This document shows positions 8,739-17,163 of a DNA stretch of 64,000 nt, in pieces. Every line of letters starts with the position of its first letter. The stretch's first letter is position 1. The stretch covers positions 576,001 to 640,000 of the forward strand of contig OY968764.1 of assembly GCA_963695335.1 (NCBI GenBank), written 5' to 3'. Source of the stretch: an uncultured bacterium. GTDB taxonomy: Bacteria; Babelota; Babeliae; Babelales; Vermiphilaceae. The notes under the pieces were generated by a model that saw nothing but the letters and a program-made list of their open reading frames with translations, was not told the DNA's origin and searched no databases. Position numbers and translations under genes: made by a program.

Positions 8739-10010
8739 TTATTTATCTGTGAGTTTTTTTTGATTAAGTTCTTCAGTAAGTTCAGATTTTTTAAGTTGGA
8801 ATCCTTTGATTGATTGTATGAGTTCAACCGATTCTTTGATTCCATTTAATTTTTTTTCTGCTGCAGAGATAATGTTTGAATGCACATCATATTTTGGAGT
8901 TTTGAGTTGATTGTTTGTTAACAGTTCTGCTGTAGCAGGTCTGATTGTTTTATTAAGACAGCTAAATGTACTTACATCTCTTCTTAAATCTGTAATACGT
9001 GTATTTTCATATTCCAATGATGCGTTGTAATTTTCCTGCATTTTTTTCATATTGTCTTGGTATGTTGCTATTGTATTGATTATAGAAGACATACAAGCAA
9101 CCGTTGCTAAGTTCCATTCTTTTGTTCTGTCTTTCAGTTTTTGTTCAAGAGTATCATTAGCCAAAATAAGCTCTTTAGAATAATGTGATCTGAGCAATTC
9201 TGAAGCTGGTTGAGCAACTTCATCAGAAATGCGTATCCATATAGCATATTTTTGTTGGCATAAAGCAGCTATTTTAGCAAGAGATAGAACATCATGATTT
9301 TTGGTAGCAGTAGCAATTGCTTGTTCAAGTAGATCAAAAGAATTTTTATATCTTACGTCAAAAGCACCAGTTTCAAGGTCATCAATTATTTGTTGTAAAA
9401 TTTGATATGAGGTGCTGGTATGGTAGCGTAATTTTTCTGTCCAGGTTAATGTTTTCTCTTGAGTTGGAAGAATAACTGATGCCATTAAAGGATTTTCTTG
9501 ATTGTCATTGGTATTGTTGTTTGTAACACGTTCTGGTAAAGATAAATTGATAACTTCAACTTCTGATTTTACGAGGTTAGATGTTTCAGCTTGTGCTTCT
9601 GGATTATAAAGAGGATTTTCAAAAACTGTAACAATGTTAATGTTATTTAATTCTGATTGTTTGATGAACAGTTTTGAGCTTTGAAGGTCTTGTAAAAGTG
9701 GGGTGTGGAAACGAGCAGTATGGTTTTGTTTTTCTTGTTCAATTACTGCATCTGTTATTTGTTGCTTTGCTTGCTCAAATTTTTGTTGTTGCAGTTGAGC
9801 ACGTTGCTGTTTTTCTTCTAATTTTGCAATTTGTTGTTTGTGTTGGTTGATTTTCTGTTGTTGTTTTTTTTCATCAAAACGTTTTTGTTTTCGGTTTTTT
9901 CCTTGAGATGTTGGTTTTTCTTTGTATTGTATCTCCATGCCTAAAATAGGCGCAGCGGTAAGAAGGGAAAGTACAACGAATGATTGAGCAAACAAGATAT
10001 TTTTTTTCAT
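8739..10010 (-). CDS. Secreted Q/K-rich coiled-coil protein, paralog of 7803..8681
   Basis: ATG 10010 with AAGGA RBS; MKKNILFA...ILGMEIQ; NPLMASVI, DLETGAFD. Confidence 0.75.
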   Translation of the reverse strand: MKKNILFAQSFVVLSLLTAAPILGMEIQYKEKPTSQGKNRKQKRFDEKKQQQKINQHKQQIAKLEEKQQRAQLQQQKFEQAKQQITDAVIEQEKQNHTARFHTPLLQDLQSSKLFIKQSELNNINIVTVFENPLYNPEAQAETSNLVKSEVEVINLSLPERVTNNNTNDNQENPLMASVILPTQEKTLTWTEKLRYHTSTSYQILQQIIDDLETGAFDVRYKNSFDLLEQAIATATKNHDVLSLAKIAALCQQKYAIWIRISDEVAQPASELLRSHYSKELILANDTLEQKLKDRTKEWNLATVACMSSIINTIATYQDNMKKMQENYNASLEYENTRITDLRRDVSTFSCLNKTIRPATAELLTNNQLKTPKYDVHSNIISAAEKKLNGIKESVELIQSIKGFQLKKSELTEELNQKKLTDK

Positions 10011-10261
10011 AAAGAAATCCTTTTTTGATATGAACAATATCACTGAATGTTTTTTTGATATGATAATGCGCGGCTGTTTTTTTATATGTCTTTGACTCCT
10101 TTTGTTTGATGAATAACGATGACATTTTAACGCGGCTTTGAAATAAATCAAAGATATTTTTACTTTAAATTCTCATTTAATTTGAGCGTTGTAAAATGTC
10201 CATTCTGTGATAGGATAGAAATTATTATCAGGGTATACATTTTTTAAAGTAAAGGGTAGAT

Positions 10262-11287
10262 ATGGATAAAAAATTACAAAAAAAGATATTAATCGGCGGC
10301 GTTTTGGTGTCGCTTTCTTTTTTGCCTGGTTGTGCATTGTTTGATTCATCCAAAGGTCAATCTGCGCAAGATGGTGCAGCGTCAAACGCATCAGCTGCTC
10401 CATTAACTGGTGAAGTTTTGGTGACTATGAAAGGTAAGCCAGTCATTACAACTGATACGTTGGCAGTTGAAAGAGAAAAATTCCTTAAAGCAAATCCTCA
10501 AATCAGACAAGCGCTTGCATTTATGCCTGATCCAAAAGAGTTCGATCGCAATTTGGTTGATGGTTTGATTGGTCAGAAAATTGCAGATGAATATGTTATG
10601 TCACACGGTATTAATCAGACAGCTGCATATAAAACAGAGTTGCAAGATTTATATGAATCTATGGAGCGTATTTTAAATGCAAAATATTTTGGTGAACATT
10701 TAACGGTGGTTGTACCTGATTCAGAAGTAAAAGCTTTTTATGAAGCTAATAAAGACAAATTGCGCGGTGTTATGACGTCACCAGGTGGTGTAATGGCATC
10801 TGGAATTGAATTTGATAACAATGCAGCAGCACGTGCATTTGCATCACGAGCAAAAACTGCTCCTGGAGGATTCAAAAAAACAGCACAAGATGATGGCTTG
10901 AATGCAAAAATTAAAGATTTTAAATTGGTAAATGGTCAAAGTATTGGTATTGAACCAATGTTGCGTGACAAAATTGTTGCGATTAAAACGGTACCATCTG
11001 TTGATGTGATTGAAGTGAATGGAAAATCTTGGGTTGTAAATGCAACAGCAAAAGAAGAACCTAAATTTATTCCGTATGAACAAGTTAAAGATAAACTGAA
11101 ACAAGAATTGGAACAAAATAAACGTGTTGAACTGTTTGAAAAAGAGATCAACAAATTACGTACAGAATATGGCGTTGAAGTGAATGAAGATTATTTTAAA
11201 GGCGCGCCGCAACAAGAAATGCCACAAATGCCTGAGCAACGTGGTGGAGTTGCACAAGCACCTGCAGCGCAAAAAAGAGTTGCATAA
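10262..11287 (+). CDS. PrsA/PpiC-like foldase lipoprotein
   Basis: Lipobox LPGC; EVLVTMKGKPVIT, VPDSEVKAFYEANK, PYEQVKDKLKQEL...KLRTEYGVEVN. Confidence 0.7.
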   Translation: MDKKLQKKILIGGVLVSLSFLPGCALFDSSKGQSAQDGAASNASAAPLTGEVLVTMKGKPVITTDTLAVEREKFLKANPQIRQALAFMPDPKEFDRNLVDGLIGQKIADEYVMSHGINQTAAYKTELQDLYESMERILNAKYFGEHLTVVVPDSEVKAFYEANKDKLRGVMTSPGGVMASGIEFDNNAAARAFASRAKTAPGGFKKTAQDDGLNAKIKDFKLVNGQSIGIEPMLRDKIVAIKTVPSVDVIEVNGKSWVVNATAKEEPKFIPYEQVKDKLKQELEQNKRVELFEKEINKLRTEYGVEVNEDYFKGAPQQEMPQMPEQRGGVAQAPAAQKRVA

Positions 11288-11309
11288 GTTTTTATAGCAA
11301 TGTTGGATG

Positions 11310-11341
11310 AAAAAAGGAGGAGCGAAAGCTCCTCTTTTTTT
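11310..11341 (+). terminator. Intrinsic terminator
   Basis: gaggagc-gaaa-gctcctc followed by T run. Confidence 0.85.
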
Positions 11342-11402
11342 GTTTGTGAGATAAATATGTTATAGTAATGCTCAGTAACCCTGCTTGATTCGAATGATAT
11401 CT

Positions 11403-11533
11403 TGCGCTCGTCCTGAGCCTGTCGAAGGATTTCTTCGAGCGCTCGAAAGATATCCTTTTACCCCAATATCACTCCGTTCGTATTGGGGACCCCATCGGAA
11501 GGAACTGAAGATGGGGAATAGCTGACGAGCGCA
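11403..11533. repeat. Family A palindrome with a family B element (11461-11516) nested in its right arm
   Basis: tgcgctcgtcctgagcctgtcgaagg...[ccccaat...ggggacccc...atgggg]...gacgagcgca; left part matches the murG insert. Confidence 0.85.
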
Positions 11534-11571
11534 GTGAGAAAAGATAAATTTCTAATACAAGAAAGTCCCAC

Positions 11572-12453
11572 ATGAACAAACAAAAAAATGTTACATATTT
11601 ACTATCCTTCATCATCTTCCCTTCAGCCCTTGGTATGCAACTTGCCAAAAGACCTTCTCATTTGAAGAAAAAGTTTATACGCACCATAATAGGTAGAAGT
11701 CCAGAATTATGTGCTATGCGGGAAACATGGCATATCAATAACAGTCCGCAAGAAGTTGTGGATATATCGCAAGGTAAAATTAAAATTAAAGAAGAAATTC
11801 CGGTTGGAAAAAGATATGGGACTGCTCATAACTATGCGTTTACCAAATTAATGGGAATAGTCGGCAAAGCTCCAAAAATTTTAAATATTAAAGGTCAAGA
11901 AGAGTATTATTATGATGGTTATCTTAAGATGTCTGAGTTTTTGGATGCTCGTAGTGAAGCGCAACCTGGTGATTTTGCTGTTTATGTTTGTGAAGATGAA
12001 AAAGGAGAAATTGAAATTACTCACACAGGAATTGTTATAGGTGATGATTGTATAGAATCAAAATGGGGTCCTACACATGCTATTTTTGAGCATCCAACAT
12101 GGTATGTTCCTGCGCAGTTTGGAAACCGTGTTTGGTATTTTAGATTAAAAATAAGTGGGGCTGATTTACTTGCAGAGATTCAAAAAAGATTACAACAAAA
12201 AGAGATAAAAGAGAGATACAATTTGTTGGCAAAGCATTATCAGCAAGAGTTATTTGATAATATTAAGAAATATGAACAAGATAGAGACATCAGTCATGCA
12301 AGAAAGATGTATGGATTATTAGAGTATGAAATGAATGTGCATCTTGATGTTCCCGATGAAAATGGTGTCACTCCATTGATGCATGCGGAAAGAATGGGTT
12401 GTGAAATGTTAAAAGAGTTGTTTGCGACGTATCAGAAATATAATAATGAGTAA
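11572..12453 (+). CDS. Secreted papain-like domain paralog (Cys replaced) with degenerate ankyrin repeat
   Basis: TAHNYAF...PGDFAVY...HTGIV...ESKWG...VPAQFGNRVWYF; GVTPLMHA. Confidence 0.65.
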   Translation: MNKQKNVTYLLSFIIFPSALGMQLAKRPSHLKKKFIRTIIGRSPELCAMRETWHINNSPQEVVDISQGKIKIKEEIPVGKRYGTAHNYAFTKLMGIVGKAPKILNIKGQEEYYYDGYLKMSEFLDARSEAQPGDFAVYVCEDEKGEIEITHTGIVIGDDCIESKWGPTHAIFEHPTWYVPAQFGNRVWYFRLKISGADLLAEIQKRLQQKEIKERYNLLAKHYQQELFDNIKKYEQDRDISHARKMYGLLEYEMNVHLDVPDENGVTPLMHAERMGCEMLKELFATYQKYNNE

Positions 12454-12469
12454 ATAGAAAAAGGTCAGT

Positions 12470-13345
12470 ATGAAAAGTCGTATAATATTATGTGTATCAA
12501 TACTATCATTACAAATGTGTGCGGATGATATAAGCACACTTGATACATCTAACTTTATTTTAGTAGATCAAATTGAAGCGGTGGTCTATGGCCAAGAAGA
12601 TGTAGAAATTATCACTAAATCTGATATTGATCGCCCAAGCTTGGGTGGTGGATTCAGAACAAAAGATGAAATAATTTTTGAGCGTGAAGTTTTGTTGGAT
12701 GCAAAAAAACATAATATTCCACAAGATGAAGAAGCAGTTGATGCATATCTTGCACAAATACAACGTGAGCACAACTTATCGCAAGAAGAGTTAGAGAATA
12801 TATTCACTGGTTCGGGGTACACAATTGAAGAAGGGCGTGAGCAGTTGCAGATGATGCAAACCGTGAACACCATGATTGATGTCAAAATTCGTTCAAATTT
12901 GATTGTCCCGCGTAGAGAAGTTGAAGAGTATCATACACATCATCCGGTTGTAATAGAAGCAACATATACATTGCAGCGCGCAGTGGTGCCACAATCCAAA
13001 AAAATGTCAGCTGAAAAGCAACATGATGTTTTAGTGAAATATGCGCAAACTGGTAAAGGTGCATCGGGTATTGCCTGGAGTGATCCATTTACCATAAATC
13101 ATGCTGATATTGCGGAAAATAAACAGTTTATCTATGACATGGAACCAGGACAAATTTCAGAGCCACAAGAAGTGAGTGGTGGTTTTGAGATGTTTAAATT
13201 GGTAGAGAAAACACCGGAGACAGTAAAAAGTTTAGAAGATTCGTACCGTGAAATTGTTGATATTTTACGACGGCCAAAATACGATGAATTGATGGAAAAA
13301 TATAAAGAGGCGCTGAGCAAACATGCATCAGTTGTTTATTTTTAA
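12470..13345 (+). CDS. SurA-like periplasmic chaperone/PPIase
   Basis: Signal peptide; LVDQIEAVV...IITKSDI; EAVDAYLAQIQREHNLS; MEPGQISEP. Confidence 0.72.
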   Translation: MKSRIILCVSILSLQMCADDISTLDTSNFILVDQIEAVVYGQEDVEIITKSDIDRPSLGGGFRTKDEIIFEREVLLDAKKHNIPQDEEAVDAYLAQIQREHNLSQEELENIFTGSGYTIEEGREQLQMMQTVNTMIDVKIRSNLIVPRREVEEYHTHHPVVIEATYTLQRAVVPQSKKMSAEKQHDVLVKYAQTGKGASGIAWSDPFTINHADIAENKQFIYDMEPGQISEPQEVSGGFEMFKLVEKTPETVKSLEDSYREIVDILRRPKYDELMEKYKEALSKHASVVYF

Positions 13346-13348
13346 CTT

Positions 13349-14167
13349 TCATTTTCTAATCTCCAACAATGCCGGATCATTCGTGATAATTGGCTCCAGT
13401 GGAATTTGTGGTCGTGGAGCCAAAGGTGATAAATATGGTGTATAAAAATAGTATGGGCGTTGTAATTTAAGTAAAATTTTTAATCCAAACCATACGCCAA
13501 ATATTGGTGGCACCCACCAATATTTTTTTAACCAATTTTTCCACGTAATTTTTGAATTCAATTCATACTTTTCTATAAATGGTGGTAGCTCATTGACCAG
13601 CATATCTATTGCGCTTAAAACTTCTGCAATTGGCAACTGATTAATGATATTGTTGATTGCAATAATTGTTTCGAGCGTTGATTTTTTTATTGGATGGTGA
13701 TGTTGCGCGCATTCATCAAAAAGAATGTGTTTGTGAACAGCAAAAATAAGAATGAGTGTTTCGTGTAAGAAGTGGCTGCTCTGCGCATTAATGTTGTGCT
13801 GAGTGTATTGGAGCAATAGAATAATTGGTTTAAGCGATTCGGCGGCGATTGCTTGTTTAAGACTGTTACATATGGTCGGATGAGAAAAAGTAACTGGTCC
13901 CAGTTGTATGGAATCTGCTTGTTCAGTGATATTGCATGGAGCATAATGATACTGTTGTTTATGTAAGCGTGATAAAAAGTTGATAGATTTTGTAAGGCAT
14001 GGAATGCAGTAAGTATGTTTTTTTAATCCGCTTAACCCTTCGATACATTTTTGCTTTGCAAAAACACTCAGGGCGAGCGGAAAGGATAAAGCATTTTCTT
14101 TTAAGGGGACCCCCGATTGTAATGAAATGAAAATTGGGGCAATAGTAATTGTTATTACTTTTTTCAT
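13349..14167 (-). CDS. Hypothetical protein with C-terminal membrane segment; N-terminus contains repeat-derived sequence
   Basis: 272-aa ORF after sbcD; codons ~10-47 are encoded by repeat B and A sequence. Confidence 0.65.
   Translation of the reverse strand: MKKVITITIAPIFISLQSGVPLKENALSFPLALSVFAKQKCIEGLSGLKKHTYCIPCLTKSINFLSRLHKQQYHYAPCNITEQADSIQLGPVTFSHPTICNSLKQAIAAESLKPIILLLQYTQHNINAQSSHFLHETLILIFAVHKHILFDECAQHHHPIKKSTLETIIAINNIINQLPIAEVLSAIDMLVNELPPFIEKYELNSKITWKNWLKKYWWVPPIFGVWFGLKILLKLQRPYYFYTPYLSPLAPRPQIPLEPIITNDPALLEIRK
14027..14140. repeat. Family A plus half family B repeat inside ORF 13349..14167
   Basis: tccgcttaacccttcgatac...cactcagggcgagcgga (matches 26646-26698) then ggggacccccgattg...attggggc. 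Confidence 0.85.
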
Positions 14168-14188
14168 ACCTGTTATTTCTTGTTGCTT

Positions 14189-15433
14189 TTAAACTTGCTC
14201 TTCCTGCTGATCAAGATGATGCTGCCAAAGATTGAGAGCTTTTTCTACAAGATCATTATGTTTAGTGCTGAGTTCAGGTTTTGTTGCAAAATAGTTATTG
14301 AGTAATGTCGGAAGATCCATAGCAACTTTTAAGGCACAACTTCTTTTTTCACGAGCTTTAGAGTTGTGTACAGGAATAACACCAATCAAATCATGAGCGT
14401 CTTGGCATGCTTGTTCAACAATTTTTAAATCAACCAAATCTTTTTTCCCATCAGGGATGTGATACACAATTTTAACAATAGCATCACGCAACTGATGTTT
14501 TTTTATTTCATTAATGATCTGATCTGTTTGAGAAATACCCGATTGCAAATTCACATCAATTTGTATGAATGGTCGAGTGGCAACGGGAATAAATTCATAC
14601 GTCGCTTTATTTTTTTCTGGAATGCTGATTAAGCAAAAACCTTTCTCCTCTTTGCGTTCACCAAAATCAATACGTTCAATTGATCCTGAATAGACAATAG
14701 CAGGGTATCCAGATGGGTTAAGGTTTTGATGACGATGCAGATGGCCCAGTGCAACATAATCGAACGGTTTAATAGCCAATTGCGATGGCATAAGCATGGG
14801 ATCATTGCCGTAAATTGCGCGTTTCTCTGATCCAGAAAATATGCCCGTGCTTACGGTGATGTGGCTTGCTAGTACTGCAGGAATAGTTTGATCAATTTTT
14901 TGTGCTAGATCAGTAATAATATGAGCAATTGCTTTGGAGATATATTCCGTGATTTGCGAATTTGATTTATCAAGATGTTTATCGGCAATTGCGATAGTGT
15001 TACGTGTTGGCCATGGAACACCCACAATAGTGATAGGACCATTTTTGGTGTTGAGTACAATTGATCCCGGTTTTGAAAACACGTGAAAACCATCAATAGG
15101 TATTTCTCCAAACATATCAAGCGCATGCGCTTTACCAAAACTTAATGGATGGTCATGATTGCCGATAACAATAACAATGGGAATGCCTGCTTTGTATAAG
15201 CGTAAAAAACATTTGAATAACAGCTTTTGTTGTGTTTGGCTTGGGTTGTGCGTTTTATATGCATCACCTGCAAATAAAAAGAAATCAACTGATTCTGAAA
15301 TTGCGGTATTGATGCAACTGTTGAGTGCTTTTTCAAAATCAAGCAATCGTGTATGAATACCTGTTTTGGCATCAATTTTTCCATAATTTTCCATGCCAAA
15401 ATGAATATCAGCGGTGTGAATAAATCGGATCAT
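14189..15433 (-). CDS. sbcD: SbcD/Mre11 family exonuclease
   Basis: HTADIHFG, AGDAY, GNHD, DYVALGHLH, YSGSIERIDFGE. Confidence 0.92.
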   Translation of the reverse strand: MIRFIHTADIHFGMENYGKIDAKTGIHTRLLDFEKALNSCINTAISESVDFFLFAGDAYKTHNPSQTQQKLLFKCFLRLYKAGIPIVIVIGNHDHPLSFGKAHALDMFGEIPIDGFHVFSKPGSIVLNTKNGPITIVGVPWPTRNTIAIADKHLDKSNSQITEYISKAIAHIITDLAQKIDQTIPAVLASHITVSTGIFSGSEKRAIYGNDPMLMPSQLAIKPFDYVALGHLHRHQNLNPSGYPAIVYSGSIERIDFGERKEEKGFCLISIPEKNKATYEFIPVATRPFIQIDVNLQSGISQTDQIINEIKKHQLRDAIVKIVYHIPDGKKDLVDLKIVEQACQDAHDLIGVIPVHNSKAREKRSCALKVAMDLPTLLNNYFATKPELSTKHNDLVEKALNLWQHHLDQQEEQV

Positions 15434-16908
15434 TGTTCTTCTTCTGAGGTATCAGGATGTATAACGCGAGCGCCACTAAATAAAAATTCATCAACTTTGC
15501 AAGCATCTTGCTCTGGTAGCAGTTGTGCTTGATATGCGCGTTTTTTTGTATAATTACATTTTGTTGTTTGATGTGAACGTGCAATTGCTAATGCATCATC
15601 GGGAACATCAGATGTTATGGTTGAACCTGCTGCAGTGAATGCATTGTTGCCAATAGTGATTGGAGCTATGAGAGAGTTGTTGCTACCAATAAATGCATGA
15701 TCTTTAATAACTGTTTCATGTTTATTAATACCATCGTAGTTACAGGTAATTGTTCCTGCACCAATGCTTACGTGTTCTCCAATGGTTGCATCACCGATAT
15801 AACTGAGATGTTTTGCTTTTGTTTTTTTCTCAAGTGTGCTGCTTTTAACTTCAACAAAATTGCCAATAATGCACTGTTCGCCAACGGTTACATTGGAACG
15901 TAAACGTGCAAATGGTCCAACTTCAGCATTTTCTTTGATGTATGCATTATCAATCACGCATTGTGGATGTATGGTTACATTGTCTTCGAGAATAACATTA
16001 TTCAGCGATGAAAACTCTTTAACCGTGCAATGTTGTCCAATAATAGTGTTACCACATAAATGAACACCGCTACCAATATATGATCCTTGACCAATGGTTA
16101 CATCAAGATCAATATATACGGAGTTAGGAAATGAAAAACGTACACCTTGGCTCATCCAATAATTGATTAATTCAGTTTGTTTGACATGTTCCGCTGCAGC
16201 CAGTTCTTGGAATGTATTGATACCGCGAACAGTATTAAAAGGTACATCTGTTGTTGTAACAGGTAAGTTATTGTCACTTGCTATTTTGACTAAATCAGTG
16301 ATGTAAAATTCTCTGCTTGCATTATTAGTGTTAAGTGCTGTGATGTAATCCTCTAAAAATTTTTTATTGATAAGATAGATGCCAGCATTAACACAGTTAT
16401 AATTATTGATATTTTCTTTAAAATCTTTTGCCTCAATAATGCGTATAGTTCCATCTATAGTGAGTACTCTGCCATATGCTTTTGCTGTTTCATCTGGATC
16501 TGATGATGTTACAAAACTGATAGCTGCATCATGTTCTATGTGTTTGTTATATAGTTTTGTAATAACTTCTGCGGTAACAAAAGGAACATCTCCATTCATG
16601 ACTAAAATATGATCACGATTCCATAAATGTTTACTGCATGCAACTGCATGACCTGTGCCTTCTTGTTTTTCTTGCGTTACAAAATCAACGTTTATATTTT
16701 CGCTCGCAATAATATTTTTAATCAGTTCTTGTTGATAACCAACAACTACAATTGTTGGGATGTTGAGTGATTGGAGTAGTTTTGTGGGAAAAAGAATCAT
16801 TGCTTGACCGCAAATTGGATACGCAAGTTTTGTTGTGTTTGTGTGAAAACGTGTTGCTCTTCCTGCAGCTAAAATAACTGCTTGAATGTCTTGAAGATTA
16901 TTAATCAT
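15430..16908 (-). CDS. glmU: Bifunctional UDP-GlcNAc pyrophosphorylase/acetyltransferase
   Basis: VILAAGRATRF, QEGTGHAV, GPFARLR, GNFVEVK, HLSYIGDA, TCNYDG; alternative start 16968. Confidence 0.95.
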   Translation of the reverse strand: MINNLQDIQAVILAAGRATRFHTNTTKLAYPICGQAMILFPTKLLQSLNIPTIVVVGYQQELIKNIIASENINVDFVTQEKQEGTGHAVACSKHLWNRDHILVMNGDVPFVTAEVITKLYNKHIEHDAAISFVTSSDPDETAKAYGRVLTIDGTIRIIEAKDFKENINNYNCVNAGIYLINKKFLEDYITALNTNNASREFYITDLVKIASDNNLPVTTTDVPFNTVRGINTFQELAAAEHVKQTELINYWMSQGVRFSFPNSVYIDLDVTIGQGSYIGSGVHLCGNTIIGQHCTVKEFSSLNNVILEDNVTIHPQCVIDNAYIKENAEVGPFARLRSNVTVGEQCIIGNFVEVKSSTLEKKTKAKHLSYIGDATIGEHVSIGAGTITCNYDGINKHETVIKDHAFIGSNNSLIAPITIGNNAFTAAGSTITSDVPDDALAIARSHQTTKCNYTKKRAYQAQLLPEQDACKVDEFLFSGARVIHPDTSEEEQ

Positions 16909-17016
16909 TTGATTCCCTTTTTGATTACTTATACTGAGAATGCTGAGTATGAAGATATATTTTTTCATAACATTCCTTACAATCAGTTTTATACAAATAT
17001 GTTGGCTTGCCCTTCG

Positions 17017-17043
17017 TCCTTCGACAGGCTCAGGATGAGCGGA
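17017..17043 (+). repeat. Family A repeat
   Basis: tccttcgacaggctcaggatgagcgga. Confidence 0.8.
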
Positions 17044-17097
17044 GAGCGAAGTAGGGATGAGTGTATCATGTTTTTAGAATTTTTTCATTGCAAATAA

Positions 17098-17148
17098 ATA
17101 GGCCCACACTGCTTAAAAATATTTAAAATTTAAGCAGTGTGGGCCTAT
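17098..17148 (-). terminator. Long-stem terminator
   Basis: 20-bp inverted repeat ataggcccacactgcttaaa / tttaagcagtgtgggcctat after the 17164 stop. Confidence 0.75.
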
Positions 17149-17163
17149 ATTTATTTTTTAAAT

